A DNA stretch of 64,000 nucleotides from Octopus vulgaris (Eukaryota). This document shows, one piece after another, positions 43,357 through 58,004 of this stretch; position 1 is the first letter of the stretch; each line of letters starts with the position of its first letter. A program made the position numbers and the translations under genes. The stretch is taken from positions 83,762,001 to 83,826,000 of the forward strand of contig OX597815.1 of the NCBI GenBank assembly GCA_951406725.2, given 5' to 3'. A model generated the notes under the pieces. That model was given only the letters and a program-made list of their open reading frames with translations, had not been told where the DNA came from and did no database searches.

Positions 43357-43551
43357 TATATGTTTGCGCACATATTTGGACACATGTTTTTATATATGTA
43401 TATATTACGTGTGTATGATATATATGAATATAAAACGAAATTTGTGTTTATAAACAAGTAAACCTGACGCTTTCGCAAATATAATTGAATGAAATACAAA
43501 AATAAGCGAATCCTGTGAAGCTATTTATATTTGTAGCTATTTGTTTATTAC

Positions 43552-43600
<49 letters not shown>

Positions 43601-43718
43601 GTTATTATTATTATTCAAACTATTGTTTATTTTGTAGAAGCCTATATATTTATATTTCAAATTAGTGCCTACCTACACGTACATATAAACAAAGATTTAT
43701 GATTGCGTTGTGTTCTCT

Positions 43719-43793
<75 letters not shown>

Positions 43794-44529
43794 AGCGTCT
43801 GTGCGTGTCTGAGTCTGTCGTTGTTCTTGTATGTCTGTATATGTGCAGGCTTAATTTATAAAAACAGAATCACGCATACATTCATATAAATAGATATATA
43901 GGTACATAGACACGTACATGTACACGTACATAAATACACATACATATATGTATATATTTATCTATATATATTTATATTCCTTTATACATTTCTATGTATA
44001 CATGTGTATATTTAAAGAATGTCTAATACAGGTAACTACACAACCTATATATCCAACTATATACATGTGTGTGTGTGTATATATATATATACGTGCGCGC
44101 GGGTGTGTATGTTTAAATATATGTATAATACCAATTCATGCACCTCAGCACACACACACATACATATTCAAACACATGTATACATCCAGACGTATATGTA
44201 TATGTATTGATCAATACATATCCATGAGAGGTTTCCTACATATTGGACGTATCTTTCATGGAAGTTGTGTATTAAAATCTGATACAATTGTGCCTCCGTA
44301 AGTTCGAAATCAAGTAATTAAACGCATATCCTAGATTTGAAGATATAGAAGTTCTTCATTGAATATTATTCATGGTGGTAATATGATTAAGATTATCATC
44401 AAGCGTTTTTATGAGAGTGTGTGTATATATAACTGTGTGTGTCACTCACACTCTGTTCCTTTCATAATATGCGTGTATTTCTGTGTACTTATATGCGTGT
44501 TTGTATCTGTATATTTTTATATATGCTTG

Positions 44530-44567
<38 letters not shown>

Positions 44568-45348
44568 CGTGTTCTATACTTAGGAATGGTGTGATGACCC
44601 TATTTAATATCTTTCATACACAGTTACTATGAAGCTCTTATTGATAAGTTTTTCCTCGTTTTACTCCAAAAATCCAGCAGAGAGCATAATTGAAGCGCTA
44701 GAATTCATGAATTCTATTTACCAAGAACGCAGCATTTTGATTATCAAAAGAGGTGACTTGAGAGAGAAAGATTCGCAGCAGTTGCGAGTTGAAAATTTAT
44801 CTTTTCATAGAATTTATCGGTTTGTATGTCAGCAGGAGAATACATATGTTTCTAAAAGTATTTATGTAGCAATTTGAGAGAATATTACAGAGTTGGGTAG
44901 AAGGACTTGTGGTATTTGTCTCCACTCTCTATGCAATGAGAGCGTCTGTCCAAGTGTCTCGTTTGCTGCAGATAAGTTTGGATAATTGCTGGGCATGTGA
45001 TGCCTGTTGCGGTAGAAATATCTGCTAGTACGATTCAGACAATTAGACTGTATTGTCAAATTTGGAAAATTCCTAATTGTTGTGATTACTTTCTTTTCTC
45101 ATTTGGATTTTGTACCAGTTGCCATCAAGAAGTTGATCTATAGTCTCTGGAAGCGGATATAGGATCAATAAATCAGAGTTTCTCTTGTTTTGTGCGACTT
45201 TATTGTTGAAATATTTGCTAAGTTATTTCTCTTAGCTCAATTTCGTTTCATAGATAGATAGACAAAGAGAAAACAGACAGACGGACGGACGGATGCACAA
45301 ACGCACAGACGGATGGACGGACAGATGGATGGAAGGATGGATGGATGG

Positions 45349-45417
<69 letters not shown>

Positions 45418-46801
45418 TACATACATACATATATACATACATACATACATACATACATACATACATGGATGTATGTATGTATGGATGGATAGATAGACAG
45501 AGAGGCAGATATGTTTTATATTAAACATCATTTGAATATGCCGTTGTATGTTGAAGTTTACTTTAATGTAAAACATTACTTTATGATTATACTTTATTTT
45601 ATTATACTTTATTTAATGTTCGTAACTATTAGCCATCATGCTTATTTGCTCCACAATAATGCAATTAATCAAACGGCAAGAGTGCACTGAATGAATAATT
45701 TCCGGAAGCGTATTTTTTCTTGCCATCTTGTGATTTATATTGACACATGAATGCCGATATATCGGAAATATACTTTCCAAATGTACGCTCGTAAACGTAA
45801 ATTTGAATCATTTTACTTGAAAATTTGAATCATTTTAAGTGAAAACGGTACGAAGCGAAAGCGCTACGAAGTGAATGGGCATATGTAAAGATGGATTAAA
45901 TACCGCTAATGATTTTGCCTTGCGTGCTCACTGCATGCTGTTTTATGTACATGATATTGGTTTCAGATATTGACCCAAGGTCAGCAATTTAGGAGAGCGC
46001 AAGCTAAGTCGATTACATCGATCCCAGTGTTCAACTGTTATTTATTTTATCAACCTTGGGAGTATGAAATACAAACTCGACCTTGGCGAAATTTGATCAC
46101 AGATCGTACATACATATATGCATACATACATATATACATTCATACATACATATATACATATATTATTTACATAACTATACAATTGAACGCCACGCATTCT
46201 CTTCCAAATAAGTTTTATCTTAATTCTGATGCGCACTGTATACGATCTTTTACTCTTTCGTTTTTCTCTCTCTCATTCTTTTACCTCCTCTTCTCACACT
46301 ATTCTAGCCTATTACATTGTCACTCTCTTTCACGCCCCCTTCCTTGCTCACGTGGCTCCCACGTGACCATCTGCCATTTTTCTTTCTTCTAACTTGTGTT
46401 TCTTTCTCACCTTTGTAGCTGGAACAAGGAAGACGTGTTCTTGTGTGTCTCCTGCCCAAGCTTGATTTATGTGTTCACCACCACAACCTCATTTAGGCTT
46501 ATCAGATCTTCGTATTTGTTTTCACAGTCCTGTCTGTGTTACAAATTTTGACCCACCACAAAATCTCAAATTTTATTTGATTTGCTTTGCGGGAGCAACT
46601 GTTTTATCGAAAGCGTATATTGTTGTTAAAAGCTCGAAATACGAGAGTAGAAAAAACAGCCAACTGTTTGGTCGTTCTTTATGTTGTTTGTCTTGTTTTC
46701 TACTTCTGCCTTTCGTTGTTCGAATAAATAGTTTGTATTCCATATACTCGTACTTCGTTTTTTTGTTGTACACGTTTAGTGTCGTCGTGTGCCCACGCAT
46801 G

Positions 46802-46854
<53 letters not shown>

Positions 46855-46859
<5 letters not shown>

Positions 46860-46970
46860 ATCCAAACAAGAAATCACAAAAAAACACAACAACGCGAGGT
46901 CGTGGAACAAATATAGTATTATTGGACGCTCAGGAAAGAAGGAAAGAAGGAGGGTTTAACGTTTCGAGCG
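46855..46970 (-). mobile_element. PLE pLTR tail fragment
   Basis: gtattattggacgctcaggaaag...aacgtttcgagc, related to the 2021/3612/55705 family and truncated inside the HHR. Confidence 0.6.
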
Positions 46971-47195
46971 TATGTATGTATGTATATGTGTATGTATGTA
47001 TGTGTATTTTTTCAATGTTTATAAATAACACGGATAAAGTAAATAAATATTTAGCAGAGTAGCAAAAATTCACATAAGTACCAAGGATGTAACAGCCTAC
47101 TTATAAAGGTAGAAATTCCAGGTTTTGGTGAAATGTTTTTATATCACATAAATAAATAAAGGGAATTAAATGCAGGTGTTATTCAAATCTCTATA

Positions 47196-47281
47196 CTTAC
47201 GACAAATGTTTCGAGAAAACATCAGTATTATTCCAGAAAGAATAAAATGATGTAAAACAATGCAATCTTCTCATCAGGAAG
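47196..47281 (-). ncRNA. Type I hammerhead ribozyme motif with extended stem II
   Basis: Reverse complement reads cttc CTGATGA GAAGA...ACATCA...TGATGT TTTCTC GAAAC ATTT GTC gtaag. Confidence 0.7.
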
Positions 47282-47381
47282 AAAAAAGAAACAAACGCAT
47301 CAATAAGTCATTTTAACCGAATGTGATTACTGCATATATGTCGGAATTATAAAGATTTGAATAACAACTGCGTTTAACTCC

Positions 47382-47453
<72 letters not shown>

Positions 47454-47641
47454 GACCAATTTTAGATACTATTGGATTTTACTCACAAGGTATTGGAATC
47501 TTATATGTATACCATCCTGCCTAAATACTGGATCTACAAAAGCAATATCCCTGCATATCTCACATCTATTTTCATTCCTCCACTTCACTCTCTATTTCAT
47601 ATCTTATCTAAATTAACTATTGCTTAACCAGTTGCTCACAC

Positions 47642-47682
47642 CGTCTCCGAAGAAGGGATATCCTGGAAACAGCTGTAAAATG
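47642..47682 (+). ncRNA. Minimal type I hammerhead motif (U4C substitution)
   Basis: cgtct CCGAAGA AGG gatat CCT g GAAAC AGCT GTA aaatg; palindromic stem III ACAGCUGU. Confidence 0.6.
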
Positions 47683-47899
47683 TACTATTTATAAATGTTC
47701 TAAACTTTTCATAGCATTGGTTTTTTTTTAATCTCATTCATATATGTTGTATATATATACTAATATATGACTCACGTTGGACTCCTCATTCGTATCATGA
47801 TCGAACCTGGAGCTTAATCATGACCTATCCATAACACTTACTTAGCATTACCTGGCACCTTTTGGGTCTTCTTGACTTCTTGACACCAATACCTCTCAT

Positions 47900-47965
<66 letters not shown>

Positions 47966-47969
<4 letters not shown>

Positions 47970-48400
47970 GCAGGTGTGGCTGTGTGGTAAGAAGTTGCTT
48001 CCCAACCACGTGATTCGGAGTTCAGTCACACTACCTTGTAACTTAGGCAACTGTCTTCTCGTGCTGACCAAAGTCTTGTGAGTGGATTTGGTAGAAGGAA
48101 ACTGAAAGAAGCTTGCTATATATATATATATGTTTGTGTGTGTGTGTGTGTGTATGCACATATATATATATATATTTATGTTAGTGTGTTTTTGTGTCTG
48201 TGTGTCTCACCCCACTAGCGCTTGACAACCGATGTTGGTATGTTTATGTCCTCGAAACTTAACGGTTTATCAAAAGAGACGGATAAAATAAGTATTAGGC
48301 TTACAAAGAATAAGCCCTGAGGTCGATTTCTTCGACTAAAGGTGCTACTGCATGCTCCAGCATGGCTGTATTCAAATGATTGAAACGTGTAAAAGAGTGT
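47966..48400 (+). mobile_element. SINE family C, composite (head, internal microsatellite, tail)
   Basis: ggcgcaggtgtggctgtgtggtaag...ggaaactgaaagaagc, then (TA)(TG), then gcttgacaaccgatg...gctccagcatggc...tgaaac. The tail also occurs at 19165-19345. Confidence 0.85.
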
Positions 48401-48405
48401 ATATA

Positions 48406-48563
<158 letters not shown>

Positions 48564-50673
48564 CCGAATAGTTTCCTGAAAAGTCATATGAAGCCTATAC
48601 TTCAGCTAGTTTTCTTAGTCAAAATATGGCGACACTGTGATTGATCATTTTGGTAACGTGAATGGCTTGGTAGTTATTGATGCTATCTGACTTGCTGATA
48701 AAAGAGTTAAATTTGCAGTCAGTACCTGTAATTTATTTTGTACGTTCATCTTATCTTTTGATCTGATCAAAGCCTGGATCATAAGGAACGCAATATCCAC
48801 TACTTGTACTTTCTTTGTATGTTGTGCTACGAAAACTAAAGAAGTTATAGTCTTAGAATACTAAGCTACAGCAGTTCATATATAATACCAAATTATGAAT
48901 AGCTATTATAATTGCTTGATACTACTTTCAGAACATTTAAAATGTAAGAAGCCGTCCATGTTGTCCTTTTAGAAGTAAATATTTTTAACGGGGATTTTAC
49001 TGTTTGTGTCGTTGAATCTAGAATCTAATGTTATTTTAATGATATGTGTCGACATTTTTTAAATGCAGTTGAGAAATTTCATATGGTATAATGTGGATAG
49101 AAATTTCAGTGTAATTTAGTTAATCTCTTGAAAGCACACAAGGAAACGGGATTAGTCAAATTCGGCTATAGTGAAGTGGTTGACGCATTAAATCAACAAA
49201 CAAAATTGTTGTATTTTAGATCTTGTGACTTTCTACAACACTAGCTGCATACGGGTGTGTTTCACTAAGAAAAAACATTTAAGGACATCCAATCAGCTAA
49301 CAAATCAAAAAAATTCCTTTAAACGACACTCTTCTACTTTAAAAGTGAAGGGCTTTAGACAATATAATCTTAGATGCAATATGTCTAAATGTAAGATAGT
49401 ATGGCAACAAGTGGAACCGTTTTAATTCTTAGATCTTGTTCGTCTACGATTATCTGTATATAAGCAACAACAATAGTTTTAATAGCACAAATGTTTATAT
49501 GCTACAATGGCTCTATCTGAAACACTTGGATTTAAATGTTTCAAACATCTCTTAATGCCTTCAACGGCTAAAATCACCGCAACCTTATAAATTAATCGAA
49601 TCTTACTTTGATAACATTTAGTTGTAGGAAAAGCTTGTTTATGGAAGTTAAATACCGTTATTATACTTAATACATTACATAGGCAGTTTTGGATGTATTA
49701 TGCTTTTTATTCATCAATAGTTTAAGACATAGAGCAACTAATGAAGATCATATTAAGTTCAACGAATCTTGAGAAAAAAATGATTGTGCGACACCATTAT
49801 TCTATTAATACAAAATTTGAATGGCACAGAATGCTTATAGAGTAAGACAGCTTTGATATCGCTACAAATCACGTACAATCTCTAAGAATATTGCCCAAAG
49901 GTGTTTCGCATGTTGCAAGATATTTCACAGGTACAACAAATATTTAAATCTTCAAAGTAAATTTCTTACTGCTATAACAGTGTATATGTTTGTCACACGC
50001 TAACGAAGGAGCCTCTCCATCGCCTACTGACCTTCTAGACGCAACTGCCAATTCACTTCGTACTGCCTTAAAAAAAATGAAAGAATGGAATGCTTTTGAT
50101 GATAAGTGTGTAAGCGAAGGAGCTAAACATTAAGATATTTTTACCAACTACATTACGGATGTAAGAATGTTTGACATATATTGTTTTATAATTGATGTCA
50201 AACGCTTTTTTTGTTGTTTTTTAATACACAAACCATAAAATTATACCTTTATTTATACCATATTTATAGAAATTTGTATTGTTCAATATTTTATCAGTGT
50301 TATATTGCTAAAAATAATTTGTTTCTATATAGTTAATATAAATATATACAATAGTTTATCAGACATGAATATAATTTCCAAAAAGTTAATTTACAAGTCA
50401 GATTCGAAACTCCAATTCTTATAAAGCATCTGCTTGTATACGTGAACTGTATACCAAATCGGAGATTCATATTTTCTATTTTCTTTCGTTTTCGTTTTTT
50501 TTTTTCATTTTAAATCGTATACATCTGATATCAGTATTTGTTTTCATATTATAGAAATCTCTCATATGCAGATTTATTCCTATATCATTATTTTACAAAA
50601 ATATTATCATTATTCGCTATATACGAGATACGAATTGGCAGAAGAGTTAGAGCATCAAAAATAAATGTTTTGC

Positions 50674-50902
50674 TATTTCTTTATTGCCCACAAGGGGCTA
50701 AGCATAGAGGGAACAGACAAGGACAAAGGGATTAAATCGATAACATCGACCCCAGTGTGTAACTGGTACTTAATTTATTGACCTCGAAAGGATGAAAGGC
50801 AAAGTCGACCTCGGCGGAATTTGAACTCAGAACATAACAGCAGACGAAATACAGCTAAGCATTTCGCCTAGCGTGCTAACATTTCTGCCAGCTCGCCGCC
50901 TT
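50674..50902 (-). mobile_element. SINE family A with a 20-bp TSD, nested in an older sense copy (~50630-51070)
   Basis: atcaaaaataaatg(t/c)tttgc at 50654-50673 and 50903-50922. Confidence 0.92.
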
Positions 50903-51962
50903 ATCAAAAATAAATGCTTTGCATTACCTTCAGACTCATAGTTTTTGTAGTTCAGTTCCCGTTATATTTGCCTTTCACCCTTTCGGGGTAGATAAAATAG
51001 ATTAACAGCCATGTGCTGGGATCAGTGATATTGACTATGTCACTTCCCCACGTCTTAAGCTTAGTACCTATATATTTAAATAAATTACTGAGCTAAGAAT
51101 ACGAGTAGTAATTTGACAAAATCGCTGGAACATGCGAGTAAAGTCTTACAGCAGTTAATTATGTAATTTCAAATATGCGAGGACCAAAATATTGGTATTG
51201 GTCAACAACTGGACTGATAGATTGTGTCTCACTCTGAAAAATATTCTCTTATCCAGTATTAGAGACCAGTGTTGGTTAATGTTTGATGTGTCACAATATT
51301 GCAGTATCTAGTGAAGATATAAGAAGCAACATTATGTTAAAAATTTTGGTTAACAGATATCAAAGAGCTCTAGGATAAATATTAAATTTTCTTTTCTTTT
51401 TAAAAGAAAAAAAAATCTGCGAAAAATATTGGCAAGAAGATATACGATTTGTTGTAGCCCCATTACATAACTAATGGTATTGATATACGTATGCACACAA
51501 TATGAAACTAGATACTTAAAACAAAGAAGTGAAAAATATTAATTTAGGCAAAATAAAATTTAAAAACCATCACAAAAACCTGAAGACAGTTTAGCTAACC
51601 GAATCAGATACCAAATTCAATAATTCCCAGCAAGCAAATCCAACAGTATAATGTGAAAATATTGCCTAAGTAGTCAAAACATTATCAGAAAATCAATAGA
51701 GTTATAAATCAGATATACTCAGATGGAATATCTTGTATTTTGAGGAAAGCTGTAGCCGAAGGATAGTAAGGTGGAGATAAATATGACTCAAATGTGCTCA
51801 AAGAAACTTTACAAAGTCAACTGGCAAGCGATAACAGAAAATTATTTTGATATTTACATTTATCTGTGGTGTTATGTGCATGTGTACGCATATATACCTA
51901 TATATGTATGTATATATATGTGTATGTGTATATATATACATATATATATATATATATACATA

Positions 51963-52016
<54 letters not shown>

Positions 52017-52054
52017 CATATATATACATATATACATAGATAGATATGTACATA

Positions 52055-52140
<86 letters not shown>

Positions 52141-52468
52141 TATACATACATACATTCATATATACAAGACATATACTGTCAACATGTATACAAATATTGA
52201 GAGAGAGTGAGAGACAGAGAATGACTGAATTGCTCTCGATATAAAGCCAAATTATTTGTTTGAATAAATCAATGTTATTGACTGTGTGTTGTAGAAGAAA
52301 CTGTTTCCTAGAAATTGACACCGCATTCGAAGTTTCAATTCACAATTTTTAAACTGCACTAGCATACATACACGCGCGCACACATACATTGTTCTCTGTA
52401 TATACATACATACATAAAGATACACACAAATACATGCATACAAACATACACACACAAACACACACGCG

Positions 52469-52502
<34 letters not shown>

Positions 52503-52567
52503 CATACATACATACATACATACATACATACATACATACATACATACATACATACATACATACATAC

Positions 52568-52770
52568 AATGGCCTAGTGGTTAGGGCAGCGGACTCGCGG
52601 TCGCAGGATCGCGGTTTCGATTCTCAGACCGGGCGTTGTGTGTGTTTATTGAGCGAAAACACCTAAAAGCTCTACGAGGCTCCGGCAGGGGGTGGTGATC
52701 CCTGCTGTACTCTTTCACCACAATGGCGGTGCCCCAGCATGGCCACAGCTCAAGAGCTGAAACTGGAAAA
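52568..52770 (+). mobile_element. tRNA(Arg)-like SINE (family D) in (CATA)n
   Basis: A-box tggcctagtggtt, anticodon-like ggactcgcgg, B-box ggtttcgattctc; non-tRNA body and A-tail. Confidence 0.8.
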
Positions 52771-54519
52771 ACAAAAAAAAAAAAAAAATACATACATACA
52801 TACATAATGTTGGCTCTAATTTTACTTTTACTTAATTTTACTTAATTGCCTCCAAAATTCACAACGCTCTCAATGATGCAAATAACCCATATTTCTCCTA
52901 TCATAAATAGATACGCATCCTAGACATCACATTACAAACCTGCATTGATTCCATATGACTGAGTCACTGCGGGTATCATTCCGTCGGATTAGGTCAATTG
53001 TTTCTTTTAACGGCAGTAAAATACAATCGAGTTTTAGTCATATGAAGAAAATATCCCTGCATCCGTTTTTTGTTAGACACGAGTTACTTTCAACGCCTTG
53101 GCATCGATATTAAGACAACATCACATTGACTGGCTGCTCTCTTCAAGGTCAAGAAAGAATTACTTCCGCAAAGTAATATCTACAAACACTCTACTAGGCT
53201 CAAGTGAAAATCATAATGGAGTACTGACGCCACATCTGAGAAGGTGCTACTGTCACACACAGACATCCTGTACTGCATCCAGAGAAGAGACCTCGAGTAA
53301 CTAGAATTTAGTGAATAACAAGCATGCTTCCTCATCTGGCCCACACGTGTGATGTCTCTCTGTCTCTTGTATCGCTACAGTTGTAGCCAGTTTTCAACAC
53401 AATGCCTTGTCTCGTAATTCTACCAATTGTCTCTTTTTTCTTTTGCCATTCTTAGAGAATCCAACCATCTTGGCCTCTCAGTAAATATTATTTTCAGTCT
53501 ATTTACCCTGGAATATCGCCCCTCAAGTATCTTCCCCCATCTGAATATACTTCCAACACATGCTGACCTATGTCACTTTAAATGGAACGGATTGAAATGG
53601 CCATCCCTCCAAACTCAAAAAGTCAACACATACGATCGTGTATCCGTGTGTAAGTTTATGTATGTCTGTGTGTATAACATTAATATTGTGTATATATCAT
53701 GGTGCCATCATAAGTCAAAATATGTAATGGAATGTTGTCTGTCAGATTATATATTTACACTTTATATGTATACACATATGTACAGACATATAATATACTT
53801 GTGTAAGCGTGTGTGTGGTGTCTATGTGTGCGCATATTAAGAAGTTCAAAAATTTTAATAGCAGGCGTATCTTGGTGTCCATTATGTTTTTATAAATTTC
53901 TTAAAGCGCCAGTAAATGATACTAAAGTACCCGAGTCATCGAGCAATATTTCACTACTTTACATTCATGGTTACAGACTAAATATCCATACACATTCTTC
54001 CTTCCTGTACATCCTATTTTTCTTTATCCCTGCCTTTTCTTCTCTTCAATTTATTTCTCTCTTTTCATCCCTCACCTTTTCCTCAATAATTTTTTTTTTA
54101 TCTGCTCCACTTCTCCCCCAATTTTTCATACACCATTTCTGACCCGGTGTCTTATCGACTTGTCTGATCGACTTGTCTAATTAGCAAAAGGATATTTTTA
54201 CAACATCTTATAAAATTAGAGACTTTATCCACCGCTTGCTTACTGAATATAATTTATAATCATTTATTATATTTAATACTAATACTATTTAATTACCTGC
54301 GGAAGATAATGATTTTGTTTACATATTCCTCAAAAATAAAACTTTTTTTCTAGAAGAAAAGGCTTACAAACATATTCGGTCACAGCTTCTCCCCTTGGTA
54401 TTCACTTTACTTCATAAGTTTTTGTATGTTGCTCTCTTTTATAATGCCATACTCCCTGTATCTAATTGTATATTTCCTTGAACTTTATGTTTAGTCTACC
54501 TTTACACATAAAGGTTTCA

Positions 54520-54722
54520 AATGTTGGCACAAGGCCAACAATTTTCGGAGATGGGGTTAAAGTTCATTACATAGCATCAGTACTCAACTGGTACTCATCT
54601 AATGGACCCCGAAATGATGAAAGGCAAAACTGACCTCGGTGAAATTTGAATTTACAACGGGACGTCGTGCGAAATACCGCAAAGAATTTTGCCCGGCATG
54701 CTAACGATTTAGCCAGCGTGCC
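54520..54722 (-). mobile_element. SINE family A, diverged
   Basis: gaccccgaaatgatgaaaggcaaaactgacctcgg...gctaacgatttagccagc. Confidence 0.8.
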
Positions 54723-54990
54723 GGTTTTACCCTAACCTATATTACCACAATACGTCTACACCTCATAACTTATTATTTATCTATCTAGCTATGTCTATTC
54801 ATATCAAATGCATATTTAAAAAAAAAAACTCTATATCACAATTTTTACCCAAAATACCGTCAGAACACGCATTTGATAGGCTAAACTTGTACAAAGTGAA
54901 ATATATGACCGCCTTTAAAGTATCATTAGTCTTTCGAAATTATACATACATGTATATAAGTTTGTGTGTGTGTGTGTGTGTGTGTAGGCA

Positions 54991-55042
<52 letters not shown>

Positions 55043-55043
<1 letters not shown>

Positions 55044-55377
55044 CAAAATAGCTAGTTGTAAAATATCAATAAGAGATCAGAGTAGTAACTATATTAATAA
55101 GTAAAGTCAATCACCACCTCACAGTGGCTGTTCAATGTTACGACTAGTTTCACCCCAGGCAGATGCTCCGCCAGCTGGTTACTGGTGCGACGGTGCACCA
55201 TGAATATACAATACATATTGCTAGCAGAGGGAGCGATATCCTGCCAACCTAGACAACAACCGATAATCACCTGATGGAAGGTCTGTCTGGTATTAAACTA
55301 GTAGTAACATGAAACAGCCACATAACCTGTTAGTATAGTTACCACTATATTCTCTTGGGATTTTACAACTATTTTGC
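55043..55377. mobile_element. Diverged inverted duplication of a hammerhead-bearing pLTR-like element between (TA)n tracts
   Basis: Arms 55043-55163 and 55282-55377; tcac CTGATGG at 55267-55277. The left arm read in reverse gives GAAAC TA GTC gtaa. Confidence 0.65.
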
Positions 55378-55412
55378 GTGTTGCAATTCAGTGATCAATG
55401 GTCGATTTGATT

Positions 55413-55454
<42 letters not shown>

Positions 55455-55505
55455 ACTAATGTAGGATAAAATTTTTTCCCGAAAAAAAAAATTATCAATG
55501 GCCAG

Positions 55506-55547
<42 letters not shown>

Positions 55548-55704
55548 CAGAGAGAGAGAGAGAGAGAAATATATAAATAAATGTCGAACGATGAAAATGA
55601 GTGCTCAACACCACATTGTTAGATATAATTTCTTTATTTGGTTTCATGTTCAGAAGATATTTTAGTGTCTTAACAATTTTTCAAGGTGATATATATATAT
55701 ATAT

Positions 55705-55900
55705 AGGGAGAATTCACGAAAAAACAAAAGACGAAGACAGGTGATGTATAAAACAAACAGATGTATTAGTATAACGCTCAGGAATTGAAAAAGTATTTTA
55801 CGTTTCGAGCCTACGCTCTTCCACAGAAAGGAACACAGAAAGAAACAAGGAGAGAAAAAAATGTGTGTAGTGGCTACCGATCTATCATGGCGACGGGTCA
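55705..55900 (-). mobile_element. PLE pLTR (family of 2021/3612) with a hammerhead-like motif at 55796-55831
   Basis: Reverse complement reads ccttt CTGTGGA AGAG cgtagg CTC GAAAC GTA aaa. Confidence 0.75.
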
Positions 55901-55973
55901 CATATATATATGTATGGATGGATGTATATGCATGTATGTAATATATATATGTGTGTATGTATATGCATGTATG

Positions 55974-56078
<105 letters not shown>

Positions 56079-56091
56079 ATATATATATATA

Positions 56092-56141
<50 letters not shown>

Positions 56142-56893
56142 TTTATATTTATATATATATGCATATATTGATATATATGTAATATAATAAATGCAAAAAC
56201 TAATTTCTGTGTGTCAGTGTGTCACACTACGCCCCCCTCTCATTATTCATTGACACTCACACTATTGCTCATATTGGAGTGAGAGTAATAGTAGGTATTG
56301 GAAACGTAGTAGATTGATGGTTGTGACGGTAATGGGTTGAGAGTAATAGTATGAGCTGTAGTTGTGATAGAGGCAGAGGAGAAGGTGGTGATAGTGGTAG
56401 TGGTGGAGTTGGTGCTGGTGCTGGTGCTGCTGTTGGTGCTGGTGCTGGTGCTGGTGGTAGCTGAAGCATGTCAGGGACAATGATGATAGTAAGCGATGTG
56501 AAAGAGGGTGGTTATGGTGGTGGAGGGGAAGGCTGTATTGATGGTGGTGCCGTCAGAAATCCGAATGGTGTGTGTATGGCAGTTGTGGTGCTACTGGTAA
56601 TGGCTGGAAACAAGGAAGAGAGAGAGAGTGGAAAAAGGAGGTTAGACAGAAAAAATTGTACTGGGAAGACAAAGAACGTTGATTATCACTTTAGCTTTGC
56701 AATAAGTTCCAAGTCGACAAATTATATCATTGTTTTAATGAAAATTTCCCATTGCTTGAAAAATCTTGATCAAGTTGTAATCTTGATCAATAAAATGTAA
56801 TATGTAATCATTGCATGAATTGTCATTGTTGGGCCCAAGGCCCAATGAAGAACCCTTCACAAGAGCTAGTTTAACAGCCGCCCGATAGCTAGC

Positions 56894-56926
<33 letters not shown>

Positions 56927-56930
56927 TATA

Positions 56931-57277
56931 TCTATAATATAAATTGGACATGGGTGAGCGTTGTAATTCTTTCTTGTCTTGAGGTTCACAGCCAAACAGC
57001 TGGGTGGATTCGCGTGGAAAATGGCAGAAATGTGAAGACAGGTGCATAGATTGGAATGCAGTTTGTATTTTTTCCTAGACCCCCCATACTTACCGAGAAA
57101 ATTGATCTGAAGCTGTTTTCTGACAGTGGAGAAATTTTCATACAGCTGTAGGCTTCAATCGAAACAGGGGATCCGAAATGATAAGGTTGAGAAACGCTGT
57201 TATAGATTATACCTAACCGAAAATGATCACACCCACATCATCCAAACAGACCGGGTGAAACCGGGCTTAACTGCTTG
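56931..57277 (+). mobile_element. Non-autonomous Helitron-like element
   Basis: 5' A|TCTATAATATAAA; subterminal hairpin ccgggtgaaaccgg; 3' CTTG|T (CTRR variant); inserted at A|T with no TSD. Confidence 0.65.
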
Positions 57278-57305
57278 TATATATTTATGTATATATATAT
57301 ATGTA

Positions 57306-57345
<40 letters not shown>

Positions 57346-57384
57346 TGTCTGTACGTCTGTATGTAATTATGTATGTAACTGCTA

Positions 57385-57437
<53 letters not shown>

Positions 57438-57898
57438 TGTCTGTATGTATGTATGTAATTATATATGAATCTATGGGTGCAATGTTTTTCACTTTTGAAA
57501 TTCTCTAGCATCAATTTTGGTTAGAAATCGTGTGTTGAAGCCGATAACAATTTTACTTGGAACAGTTATACTGAATAAAGTGCGGAAACACTTTTTTAAA
57601 TATTTTTTTTTGTATATCAGATATTTTTTATATTACCATATAAACAATATATATTCATGTAAACATATATGTGTGTTCGCGCGCGTGTGTGTATGTATAT
57701 ATATATACGTGTGTGAGGAGGGGGAGGGCGGGCGGGCTTGAGTGTGTGTTGGAATGTATTTATACTCGGAGAGATACACAGATATAAATTTATAAAGTGA
57801 CGTATGTATTAAACCTAAATATTATAACATTATTGAAAGAAACTATCTTTATATTTGTGACCTATATTTTGAACTTACATATATCACAATACAAACGG

Positions 57899-58004
<106 letters not shown>

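Noticed and set aside
44830-45240. Possible very old LINE remnant on the minus strand (DKYHKSFYPT)
   Set aside because: A single weak motif; too degenerate to call.
45690-45740. ETS-like CCGGAAG and YY1-like GCCATCTTG motifs
   Set aside because: Short motifs with no associated exon or other promoter evidence.
52568-52640. tRNA-Arg-like sequence
   Set aside because: No proper acceptor stem; it continues into a SINE body and A-tail.
56262-56600. His/Gln- or Pro/Ala-rich ORFs
   Set aside because: Derived from (TGGTGC)n/(GGT)n low-complexity repeats.
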